Shown piece by piece: positions 10,008 to 18,819 of a stretch of 64,000 nucleotides of DNA. The first letter of the stretch is position 1. Each line of letters opens with the position of its first letter. Under the pieces are notes generated by a model. It saw nothing but the letters and a program-made list of their open reading frames with translations, did not search any database and was not told where the DNA came from. The position numbers and the translations under genes are program-made. Origin of the DNA: Candidatus Obscuribacteraceae bacterium (lineage in GTDB: Bacteria; Cyanobacteriota; Vampirovibrionia; Obscuribacterales; Obscuribacteraceae); contig JBGASG010000014.1 in NCBI GenBank assembly GCA_044229845.1, positions 1 through 64,000 of the forward strand, in the 5' to 3' direction.

Positions 10008-10275
10008 TCTCGGCTCGGCTCGCTATTTGACTCGCCATCCTCGTCATGCACGTCTCCGCCTCGGCGGGCAGCGCATTCATTCAACCCGCCACCATATATG
10101 ATGCGCCGCGGCGAACGGAAGCGCCGAGGCGCTTCTCTCGAAATGTATTCTGCACGACGTTCCAACAAGAACGATTGGAAAACAGGCACCGAAAAATAAC
10201 GCAGACTGTGTAGTGTAGGTGTATGAGTCCGTCGAACCCTCCACACAGGTCTGCCTACCTTCACTTGCTCTGCAG

Positions 10276-10674
10276 ATGACCATTCACTCTGCCTTGATTT
10301 TGTCTTTTGCCAGCACCGCCGAGGATCTACCAGAGAGCCCGCTGGAATTCCAGTTCGATTTGCATTACGCAGAGAGCCTGGAGGCGTGCTTCGTAATCGT
10401 TGCCGCCGAAGACGTCGACTTGATTTTGCTTGATGCCGACTCGTGTGGTGACAAGCTGTCGATTATCAGGCAGCTGCTTCAAATCAATGAATCGACAGCG
10501 CACATCCCCATTCTGCTTATGTCGTCTCACCCGGAGGAATTTCGGGACGCAATGACTCAGCACGCAGTAGATGGCGTCCTATCGAGCCTACTACCGAAGC
10601 CCGAGATGGCGGAGCGCCTACGGGAGCTGTGCGCCTTGATCGAACGCGAAAGTCCGTCGCAGACAGAACAGTAG
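10276..10674 (+). CDS. Stand-alone atypical response-regulator receiver domain
   Basis: VDLILLDAD and TAHIPILLMS match REC strands 3 and 4; the N-terminal acidic pair is absent. Confidence 0.65.
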   Translation: MTIHSALILSFASTAEDLPESPLEFQFDLHYAESLEACFVIVAAEDVDLILLDADSCGDKLSIIRQLLQINESTAHIPILLMSSHPEEFRDAMTQHAVDGVLSSLLPKPEMAERLRELCALIERESPSQTEQ

Positions 10675-10951
10675 CCAGCAAAAGGACTGCTTGTTGGACA
10701 CCACATTCTGCGCATCTGTTTTGCTGAGCGGAAATTAAAGCGCACTTTATAAAGCAGGCTGGAAGGATTGTTTGCGATCAGGACAACCGGCTGGTAAAAG
10801 GAATAGGCTGGAATTGCTGTGAGCAGCAGAATGATAGATTGCAGATCAAAGCGTTGGAACCTCCGCCACATGCCGCGCCAAGCAACCAAGTTAGAAAGCG
10901 CGCTTCGATTCGCACCAGGCAGCGTAGCTCCGTCATCTTCGGAGGGCGGTC

Positions 10952-12130
10952 ATGGCTGAAAGGAAGAATTTGCGCGTAGGGATAAGAGTGACCGGCGGTA
11001 AGCAGTGGATAGCCGGATTTCACTATTTGAAAAATCTGTTTATAGCACTTCGCAACGCAGGCGAAAACCTTGATTTGATCCTATACGCCGCACATGAAAC
11101 CGATCCGACAGAATTACAAGTGTTTGCAGCGTACGCAAAGGAAATCATTGAGTACGCAGAGTACAAGGACGACGAAGTGCGGCAGTTCTTGCAGAAGCAA
11201 AGCCTCGATTGCGTCTTTGCCACAGCCGACTATGGTGAGAGCCTGGGACTGCCCCTGCTTTCCTGGCTGTTCGACTTCCAACACAAAGACATGCCCGAGT
11301 TATTTCCCAAACGCGATCTGGACATTCGCGAGAGCATGTTTCAGCGCGTCTTAGAGCGCGCCGACATCGTCATCCTCAGCAGTGATCATTCGCAGTCGGC
11401 TTGCAGAAAATACTATCCACAGCACGTCCACAAGACTCGAGTGATGCCGTTCGTTGCCCACGTCCCGGGCGAGATGTTGAAAGTAGATCCGGCTGCGGTA
11501 GCCCGAAAGTACCACCTGCCCGACAGATTTATCTTCCTCCCCAATCAGTTCTGGAAGCACAAAAATCATGATGTTGTAATCGAAGCCGTCAAAAACGCCG
11601 TCAAGCAAGAACCATCACTGGTAGTGGCGTTGAGCGGAACGCCTGAAGACACCCGCGATCGCTTTTATGGTCCTTACCTTCGCTCAAAGATTCAATATTA
11701 CGGATTGCAGAGCCATATCAAAATCCTCGGATTGATACCAGAAGAGGATGTCTTTGCGTTGATGCGCTCGTCACTGTGCATTTTGCAGCCATCTTTGTAT
11801 GAGGGTTGGAGCACCGTAGTGGAACAGGCAAAGGCCCTAGGAAAACCAATTTTACTCTCAGATTTGGCAGTCCATCGCGAACAGAATCCAGAAAAGGCAA
11901 CCTATTTCGATGCTCTCGATCACCATCATCTTTCAAAATTGCTCGTTCAATTCATGCATGAAGGTTCCCCCGGGCCGCATCACGCTGCTGAGTCTGCGGC
12001 ACTGAAAACGCTGCACGATCGCTCAGTGACTGTTGGACTCACATTTAGTCACCTGGTAACCGAGACCATTGAAAAATTTCACGAGCAGCTAGCTGACCGC
12101 ACAGCTCAGTCTATCGATAAAATCAAATAA
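10952..12130 (+). CDS. Glycosyltransferase family 4 (WbaZ/MtfB-like)
   Basis: DFQH, PNQFWKHKNH, QPSLYEGWSTVVEQAKALGKPILLSDLAVHREQ; GGAGG RBS. Confidence 0.88.
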   Translation: MAERKNLRVGIRVTGGKQWIAGFHYLKNLFIALRNAGENLDLILYAAHETDPTELQVFAAYAKEIIEYAEYKDDEVRQFLQKQSLDCVFATADYGESLGLPLLSWLFDFQHKDMPELFPKRDLDIRESMFQRVLERADIVILSSDHSQSACRKYYPQHVHKTRVMPFVAHVPGEMLKVDPAAVARKYHLPDRFIFLPNQFWKHKNHDVVIEAVKNAVKQEPSLVVALSGTPEDTRDRFYGPYLRSKIQYYGLQSHIKILGLIPEEDVFALMRSSLCILQPSLYEGWSTVVEQAKALGKPILLSDLAVHREQNPEKATYFDALDHHHLSKLLVQFMHEGSPGPHHAAESAALKTLHDRSVTVGLTFSHLVTETIEKFHEQLADRTAQSIDKIK

Positions 12131-12166
12131 AGGCAGCACTTGAGAATTGTCACGCCTTCGATATTG

Positions 12167-12421
12167 CTAGATGCAAGCAGCATGCGCCGAGAGAGGATCG
12201 CAATACAGAAGTTTACCGGAGCTGCGGACGCGAAAACGGCCAGATGCCACTCTGTCGACTTCCTGTCCATCCGTCAATCGCAGCCATTTGCGTCCTTCCA
12301 CGATAGAGCGTCCACCAGCTACAGTCACCTCTAAAAGCTCAACGTACAGATTCACCATCGAAAGCGTTTCATCACCGTCTAGTACTTCAAAGGACAGCCT
12401 ATGTTGAACTTGCGTCTTCAT
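12167..12421 (-). CDS. Small hypothetical protein
   Basis: 84-aa ORF starting 16 nt after the stop of the upstream minus-strand gene; beta-rich, protein-like composition. Confidence 0.55.
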   Translation of the reverse strand: MKTQVQHRLSFEVLDGDETLSMVNLYVELLEVTVAGGRSIVEGRKWLRLTDGQEVDRVASGRFRVRSSGKLLYCDPLSAHAACI

Positions 12422-12437
12422 TACGTTCTTCCAAATT

Positions 12438-13541
12438 TCAAGGCAATAGTGAGTTCACCGTCTTCATCTTCAAATCCAGGACATCAAACACCTGCATTTC
12501 GGCAATCTCTTCAAAGCGCTTGTCTGGACCGGCAAATGTCAGTTCACCTTGAGCAGAACGTGCCTCTCTGAACTTTGCTTGGACAAACCGTGCGTTTTGA
12601 AGAAGTTGACCGGCAACTTTGTGCACATGGCTGTTACGAACGAAATAGGCATTATTTCCTGCATTGTTGCAACCGACAAATGTATAACCTTTCTCTTCAG
12701 CCAAATTCATCAAAGCCCCAAGCGAAGCTCCCCAATAGAGATTGGAGTGATGGAAGCTCGTCCTTTGAAAGTCAGGCATGTAAGGTATGGTTACTGCGCT
12801 TCCTTCGCCGAAAGTACTGTTGAATTCGCAAATTACGACAACTGGATCGACCGAATTTATTGCTCGCCATACCCAGTAGTCGTTGCCGTCAATATCTATG
12901 CTGAGCAGCCCAATTGGGCCGCTAAAACCGTTGTCTGTGAAAAGCTTGTTGATATTGTCGGCGTCGATGAAAGCGCAGACCGCAGTGAGATCGTGCCGCC
13001 AATAAAAGTCTTGCTTTCGTATCCACTCCAGGTTTTCTGGTGAACCATCGATAATCAGCCCGCTCCAGTTTCGATGCTGCATGAGGAATCTGGTATTGGA
13101 TTCCATGTAGCACTCGACGCCGAATTCGATGAATTTTTCTTGTTCGATCTCCAAGGTCGAAACCAGATACTCAATTATTCCATCGTCACCGAATTGAGAA
13201 AACACCTTAAACTCGACATCTTGGAGCGAGTTTATGGCATGGGGGATCTGACCGCATTTCACTTTGCCTGACGCAAATGTGACATGATCCAGATGCTGGT
13301 GCAGTGCATCGATTCGCAAATGCAGTGGGCGAAAGTCAGGTTCTATAGGCGCCGGCAAATTCAGGACATCGACTTCCAGGCTAGTCAGTCGTTGATGCAT
13401 GGAATCAATTTTGCGGTCGAGATTCTGCACGCCCTCAAGTAGCATGAGGACATGCGAGGGCGTGTGCAAGAGAATCTTCAACCAATGTCGTAGTTTCGTC
13501 AGCATCGAGCATATTTTACGAGCCCTGGTTTCCATGCGCAC
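12438..13541 (-). CDS. FkbM-like putative methyltransferase-fold protein with N-terminal coiled coil
   Basis: EFKVFSQFGDDGII, FIEFGVE, GLIIDGS, LLSIDIDGNDYWVW, YWGASL and NAYFV; a family typical of glycan loci. Start uncertain. Confidence 0.65.
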   Translation of the reverse strand: MRMETRARKICSMLTKLRHWLKILLHTPSHVLMLLEGVQNLDRKIDSMHQRLTSLEVDVLNLPAPIEPDFRPLHLRIDALHQHLDHVTFASGKVKCGQIPHAINSLQDVEFKVFSQFGDDGIIEYLVSTLEIEQEKFIEFGVECYMESNTRFLMQHRNWSGLIIDGSPENLEWIRKQDFYWRHDLTAVCAFIDADNINKLFTDNGFSGPIGLLSIDIDGNDYWVWRAINSVDPVVVICEFNSTFGEGSAVTIPYMPDFQRTSFHHSNLYWGASLGALMNLAEEKGYTFVGCNNAGNNAYFVRNSHVHKVAGQLLQNARFVQAKFREARSAQGELTFAGPDKRFEEIAEMQVFDVLDLKMKTVNSLLP

Positions 13542-13646
13542 CCAGGACTAACTCGAGTTAATTTAATGGACTGTCGAATGTAAAGCGGATTTAGAGTCCC
13601 GAACGCGTCCCTGTGTAATAATTCGGCTATCTGACGGGATTTTGAC

Positions 13647-14618
13647 ATGCCGATTACAAATAGCAGCAGAACGATTGTCACAGGCGGCGCTGGATTTCTA
13701 GGAAAAGCAGTGATCGCCAGATTGAATGAGTCTGGTTTCACCAACATTTTTGTACCGCGCAGCAAGGACTTTGACCTCACTGAGCAGTCGCATGTGCGCA
13801 AGCTCTATAAGGAAAACAAACCAGACTTAGTGATTCACCTAGCCGCAGTCGTCGGCGGTATCGGCGCCAACCAACAAAACCCAGGGAAGTTTTTCTACGA
13901 CAACTTGATGATGGGCGTGATGCTTATGGAAGAAGGCAGACGCGCCGGACTTGAGAAGTTCGTTGCAGTGGGAACGATTTGCTGCTATCCGAAATTCACT
14001 CCAGTGCCGTTCAAAGAAGACGATTTGTGGATTGGTTATCCGGAAGAGACCAATGCACCTTACGGACTGGCGAAAAAAATGTTGCTAGTGCAGTCGCAAG
14101 CTTATCGCGATCAGTACGGATACAACTCCATCTACCTTATGCCCGTGAATCTGTACGGTCCGGAAGACAATTTTGACGACAACTCGTCGCATGTAATTCC
14201 GGCCTTGATCAAGAAATGCGTGCAAGCCAAGGAGAGCGGATCGTCATATATAGAACTCTGGGGAGACGGCAGCCCCACAAGGGAGTTTCTCTACGTGACC
14301 GATGCTGCAGATGGTATCGTCACTGGTGCTCTAAAGTTCGATTCATCGCAACCCATAAATCTCGGTTCAGGGGAAGAAATCTCCATCAAGGACCTGGCTG
14401 AGCTAATTGCTCGTCAGGTTGGCTTTGAAGGAGAAGTGCGCTGGGACACGACCAAACCTAATGGTCAACCGCGACGCAGGCTGGACGTTTCACGCGCCAA
14501 GAGCGAGCTGGGCTGGGAAGCGAAAGTAAAACTTGCAGAAGGCATTCAAAAGACGATCGACTGGTACACAACTAATGAAGCAACGGCTGAGAACAGAGCT
14601 CCTGCTGTAGCGCGTTGA
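13647..14618 (+). CDS. fcl: GDP-L-fucose synthase
   Basis: [64 protein letters not shown] and KPNGQPRR. Confidence 0.93.
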   Translation: MPITNSSRTIVTGGAGFLGKAVIARLNESGFTNIFVPRSKDFDLTEQSHVRKLYKENKPDLVIHLAAVVGGIGANQQNPGKFFYDNLMMGVMLMEEGRRAGLEKFVAVGTICCYPKFTPVPFKEDDLWIGYPEETNAPYGLAKKMLLVQSQAYRDQYGYNSIYLMPVNLYGPEDNFDDNSSHVIPALIKKCVQAKESGSSYIELWGDGSPTREFLYVTDAADGIVTGALKFDSSQPINLGSGEEISIKDLAELIARQVGFEGEVRWDTTKPNGQPRRRLDVSRAKSELGWEAKVKLAEGIQKTIDWYTTNEATAENRAPAVAR

Positions 14619-14621
14619 AAC

Positions 14622-15500
14622 ATGAACACCGCAAGTTTACCGAGAGTATCGATAGTGACACCATCCTACAACCAAGGATGGTGCATCGAACGCACAATTT
14701 TGAGCGTGCTCAAACAAGACTATCCAAACATCGAATACATCGTTATGGACTCGGCCTCAACCGACGAGACCGGGGCAATCCTAGAACGCTTCGCTGGACG
14801 AATTGACAAAATCTGTAGAGAGAAGGACAAGGGACAGTCGGATGCACTAAACCGTGGGTTCAAGATGGCGACTGGACAGATCTTAGCTTATTTGAACTCA
14901 GACGATTGTTATGCGTCGAAAACCGTCGTCAGCGACGCCGTCAATGCTTTGACCAGCGATACCAACATCGATGCGGTTTACGGACGTCGCTACTTCATCG
15001 ACAAGGATGGCTTTTTTACTCGCTCTTATCCCCATCGTGGCTTCGATGCTGATCTCCTCAAAAAGTCTTGTTACCTTCCACAGGAATGCTGCTTCTGGAC
15101 TCGCGAAATCTACGAGCGCGCCGGCGGATTTATTGATGAAAAATTGCGCTTCGCCATGGACTACGAACTATGGCTGCGTTTCTTAAAATATAACGGAAGA
15201 TTCAAGTCATTAGACCAAGTTTATGGGCTATTTCGATGGCACGAGAATCAAAAGTCGCAAGACCTCTGGAAACAGGTGGCATTACCCGAGATCGCTGGTT
15301 TGCATCAAAAGTACTGCGATCAGGTCATGCAAGAACTGGATATGCAAGACGTCCATGAGCAATATGATTTCGGTGTAAGCTTCAACACTAACTCGCGCGC
15401 CTTTCAGCTCGCCGTACGCCTTTTGCGGCACAAGAACGAATTCGCCCATGGTTCGCTTGCCGACACGCCTTTGGATTATTGGGTCTATGCAACTGTATGA
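14622..15500 (+). CDS. Glycosyltransferase family 2 (WfgS/WcaE-like), paralogue 1
   Basis: SIVTPSYNQG, EKDKGQSDALNRG, YLNSDD and AMDYELWLR. Confidence 0.9.
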   Translation: MNTASLPRVSIVTPSYNQGWCIERTILSVLKQDYPNIEYIVMDSASTDETGAILERFAGRIDKICREKDKGQSDALNRGFKMATGQILAYLNSDDCYASKTVVSDAVNALTSDTNIDAVYGRRYFIDKDGFFTRSYPHRGFDADLLKKSCYLPQECCFWTREIYERAGGFIDEKLRFAMDYELWLRFLKYNGRFKSLDQVYGLFRWHENQKSQDLWKQVALPEIAGLHQKYCDQVMQELDMQDVHEQYDFGVSFNTNSRAFQLAVRLLRHKNEFAHGSLADTPLDYWVYATV

Positions 15501-15530
15501 AATTCGTGAACCATGAGATAATTGCTTGAC

Positions 15531-16076
15531 ATGAAAGCTCTATTCAACAAAATCTATTGGACTATCTTCGGCCCGGTGTATAACCGACTCTCGAGGGACG
15601 TGTCGCTGCGCATGCAAGAACTGGCACGAGTGCAGGTCGAGTTTCAGGAGAAGTGGTCCGTCACCATCTCAGATGAGATAATCGCTCTCAGTATGAAGGC
15701 TGGCGACCCGGGCAATGCTTTAGAACGCTCGCAACGAAATTATTCCCTATATGAAATAATTGACATAGCGGGACGGCTGCAGAAGTCCGGAGATCTGGTG
15801 CAGCTGAGCGAACAGCTAAGTATTCCACTGGACGAACTAGCGGCACTCTACATGAAGTACGGTCACGTCAATCGGGCCGGTATCGCGCGCATTTTCGAAC
15901 TCGAGCAACAAGTGAAAGAGCTGGGCCGCCTATCGACACCGGTATTGGCGGCTGTCGAACAGAGCGTCGGTCTGGTATCAAAACACCCCGGACACATGTA
16001 CTCGCCTTTCTCGGCGAGCGGTTGTGGTGGTACGCACGGCGAATCGTCGCAGTCGCAAGCCATCGCAGGCGATTAG
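15531..16076 (+). CDS. Hypothetical protein containing an IS3 OrfA-like HTH/zipper segment
   Basis: In operon order between two GT2 genes; the segment YSLYEIIDI...LSIP...KYG...RIFELEQQVKEL resembles IS3-family OrfA. Confidence 0.6.
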   Translation: MKALFNKIYWTIFGPVYNRLSRDVSLRMQELARVQVEFQEKWSVTISDEIIALSMKAGDPGNALERSQRNYSLYEIIDIAGRLQKSGDLVQLSEQLSIPLDELAALYMKYGHVNRAGIARIFELEQQVKELGRLSTPVLAAVEQSVGLVSKHPGHMYSPFSASGCGGTHGESSQSQAIAGD

Positions 16077-16082
16077 AATGCA

Positions 16083-16961
16083 ATGCCAGGCGAGCTGCCA
16101 CGTGTATCGATAGTCACCCCTTCATTCAATCAGGGGGAGTTTATTGAGCGCACAATCCTCAGCGTCTTGCGACAGGATTACCCAAACATTGAGTACATAG
16201 TTTTGGATTCCTTGTCCGCCGACGGCACTGCGGAAATTTTGGACCGCTACAAACACAGGATCTCCAAGATTATTCAGGAAAAAGATGCCGGGCAGTCGGA
16301 CGCGTTGCACCGCGGATTTGCCATGTCGACCGGCACGATCATGGCTTATTTGAATGCCGACGATTGCTTCGCCAATGCCAGCATCGTCAGCCACGCAGTC
16401 GAGCAGATCACGCGAGCCAGTGCCGATGTCATCTATGGCCGCCGTTATCGGATTAGCTCGGAAGGGTATTTTCTGGACTGCTACCCCTACCGTCCTTTTG
16501 ATGGCGAACTTCTTAGACAATTCAATCTAGTGCCACAAGAATGCACCTTCTGGACGAGAGACATTTACGAGCGAGCGGGCGCCTATGTGGATAAAGACCT
16601 GCATTTCGTAATGGACTACGATATGTGGCTGCGATTCTTACAACATGGAGCACGGTTCGAGTCGGTAGATAAGGTGTACGCGTATTTCCGTTGGCATGCG
16701 CAACAAAAGAGCCAGGTGATCTGGAGAGAAGTGTGCCTTCCCGAGGTGGAAAAAATACAACTCAGAGAAAGCGGTGATGCCACCAGCTGCGGTGAGATGG
16801 AAGTGTTGCATGAGTCGTTTTACTATGGTGCAGACGCAAAGACATTTCCTCACTCACACGCTATCGCTGAAGGGCTGTGGAAACAGCAATCACACTATGC
16901 GCGCCAAATGTTTGCCGACACTCCGCTGGATTGCTGGGTTTTCGCCAGCGGACTCGGGTAA
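16083..16961 (+). CDS. Glycosyltransferase family 2, paralogue 2
   Basis: SIVTPSFNQG, EKDAGQSDAL, YLNADD and VMDYDMWLR; same length (292 aa) and C-terminal ADTPLDxWV as 14622-15500. Confidence 0.9.
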   Translation: MPGELPRVSIVTPSFNQGEFIERTILSVLRQDYPNIEYIVLDSLSADGTAEILDRYKHRISKIIQEKDAGQSDALHRGFAMSTGTIMAYLNADDCFANASIVSHAVEQITRASADVIYGRRYRISSEGYFLDCYPYRPFDGELLRQFNLVPQECTFWTRDIYERAGAYVDKDLHFVMDYDMWLRFLQHGARFESVDKVYAYFRWHAQQKSQVIWREVCLPEVEKIQLRESGDATSCGEMEVLHESFYYGADAKTFPHSHAIAEGLWKQQSHYARQMFADTPLDCWVFASGLG

Positions 16962-16977
16962 CAGCACGGCGATTCCC

Positions 16978-18690
16978 TTACCGCTGTGATTGTCGATTGT
17001 GGTAGACGCAAAGCATTCCCCTCGGACTGTTTACCGCTTTCAGCGCCTTCCATCGCGAGTCTTGGCGTACCTGCTCTGAGACATAGATAGCAGTGCATTC
17101 GCTGTACGAATTATCGAATTTCCCTCTGGCCTCTTCTGGGCGGGCGAACACAGCAATCAGATCTACCGTTCGGCAAACTTCTTCGTATGCGGCCTTTGCC
17201 ACATCGCTGGCAGACTTGTTGGGATAAAGACCCTTCATGTGATACTCGTGTATGCTGAAGCAAGCAGACTCAGGGCAGTAGATGCCATATTTGTAGAATG
17301 CCTCGAGTTGCGGGTAAATTGTTTGCGTGTCAAACTCAAGAAACGATTTCGAGCCCGTCGAGGCGATCAATGAGGCCAACTCGACGTCAGTACTCTTCTG
17401 GAGTTGATGCTGACCGCCAGGATTATTGGTGATCCTGCGAAAGCGGTCGTATGAAAGAGCGGCGGAAGTAATGTTTAAGGCTAAGAGCGACAGACAAGTG
17501 CCTGCCACGAGCCAGCGACGAGAACCGTCTATCGGTCCAGGTACAAAAGCCATTATGGTCACAGCCGGCAGAAAATACGCAAGGGCGTGCTCGCCACCGG
17601 CAATGCGGCACACTAGACACGTCACGAGCACTAACGATAACGTAAACCACAGACAGACGAACGCGGGTCTCCAATTTTCTCTGCGTCGATCCCAATTCGC
17701 CAGATTGATCACCGAAAGAGTCAGTAAGACGGCCAGGACAGGCAGTCCAAACATTGCGAGAAGAGACACAGCAGTCCACTGCACGGATTCGATAACCGTA
17801 TGGTTAAGTGCGCAGCCTGCTACTTTGTAATAAGCCCACGAAGTCGGAAATGAGCTTATTGCAAATGCCATGCCGGGCAGCGCTCCCAGTAATGTGCATC
17901 CACAGGACAACACTCGCGCTTTCAGAGAAAGCTCTTTACGAGATAGCACCACGGGCAGTGCCAGGCACGAGAATGCCGCAACGTGAATAGTCGACCACCA
18001 TCGGCAGAGAACGGTGGCCGACAAAAAGCAGCCGAAAGCGAACACCCAGCGCTTTTGACCGGTCTCATGAAAAAACAAGAGCGAAACCGCGGCACAGCCA
18101 AGCGCGAAAGCGGCGGTCAGGTCAAGCCAGAACGCGGCAATTCCGTGCATGGGATCGTAGAGAAAGGGCATTGCAATGAAGGTAGTCATGGCAGTCAGCG
18201 CGAACAGCACCGAAGCGGTGCGGCGAGCGACCAGTGCCCCGAACAACACAAGGAGAGAAAACAAGAAAGGAATTTCTGTCCACAAATGTCCCGACTCTTC
18301 AATTAGCAATCGAGGAGCAAGCATAAGGTAGGGCAAGGTGCGCAGAGGGCAGCGATCATTAGATAAAAAATCGCTGCAGATAGTAGCCCAAGCGCCCTGC
18401 TGCAAGTACGCATGGTAGAGGGCAATATGCCACTTCAGATAAGCGGCGGCATCATAAAAATAGCCGTAATTCCGGACAAACAAGTTTTCCAGTCTGCAAC
18501 ATGACCAGACCAGCCACGCCGTAATAACAACGGCACACAGAAAAATGCTGCTTCCGCGAACAATTCCCAGCGGCGGACAATCGGAAACAAAATTGGCAGA
18601 CCCACTCAGGCCCGAGCCGCAGTGCTCGTCAGCTGTCCATTGTCCATGTCTACGCAGCATCCCTCGCCTGCATTTTGAAGCGCTAAGCAT
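16978..18690 (-). CDS. Multipass membrane protein, putative GT-C-fold glycosyltransferase (paralogue A)
   Basis: Many hydrophobic spans; YGYFYDAAAY after TM1; LYDPMHGIAAFWLD; soluble C-terminal domain. Function inferred. Confidence 0.7.
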   Translation of the reverse strand: MLSASKCRRGMLRRHGQWTADEHCGSGLSGSANFVSDCPPLGIVRGSSIFLCAVVITAWLVWSCCRLENLFVRNYGYFYDAAAYLKWHIALYHAYLQQGAWATICSDFLSNDRCPLRTLPYLMLAPRLLIEESGHLWTEIPFLFSLLVLFGALVARRTASVLFALTAMTTFIAMPFLYDPMHGIAAFWLDLTAAFALGCAAVSLLFFHETGQKRWVFAFGCFLSATVLCRWWSTIHVAAFSCLALPVVLSRKELSLKARVLSCGCTLLGALPGMAFAISSFPTSWAYYKVAGCALNHTVIESVQWTAVSLLAMFGLPVLAVLLTLSVINLANWDRRRENWRPAFVCLWFTLSLVLVTCLVCRIAGGEHALAYFLPAVTIMAFVPGPIDGSRRWLVAGTCLSLLALNITSAALSYDRFRRITNNPGGQHQLQKSTDVELASLIASTGSKSFLEFDTQTIYPQLEAFYKYGIYCPESACFSIHEYHMKGLYPNKSASDVAKAAYEEVCRTVDLIAVFARPEEARGKFDNSYSECTAIYVSEQVRQDSRWKALKAVNSPRGMLCVYHNRQSQR

Positions 18691-18697
18691 ATCCGCT

Positions 18698-18813
18698 AGA
18701 ATAGCTAGATCTGACTGCTCGGGTCTTTAGGCGGTTGTAATGAGAGCGCGGCGCTTTGTCAGCCACCCTCATTACAACAGGCTAAGGACTCTCTAATGCG
18801 TTAAAGCTATTGT
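18698..18813. promoter_or_regulatory. Back-to-back promoter-like motifs CATTACAAC-N4-TAAR-N19/20-GCTATTST for the divergent paralogues
   Basis: 11-bp inverted repeat GTTGTAATGAG (18734-18744)/CTCATTACAAC (18768-18778); -10-like TATTGT (18808-18813) 6 nt before ATG 18820; TATTCT (18703-18698, minus strand) 7 nt before ATG 18690. Confidence 0.55.
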
Positions 18814-18819
18814 TTCTGC

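Noticed and set aside
18734..18778. Invertible promoter switch
   Set aside because: The spacer is only 23 bp and no recombinase is nearby; the arms are better explained as two copies of a motif that recurs alone at 22281.
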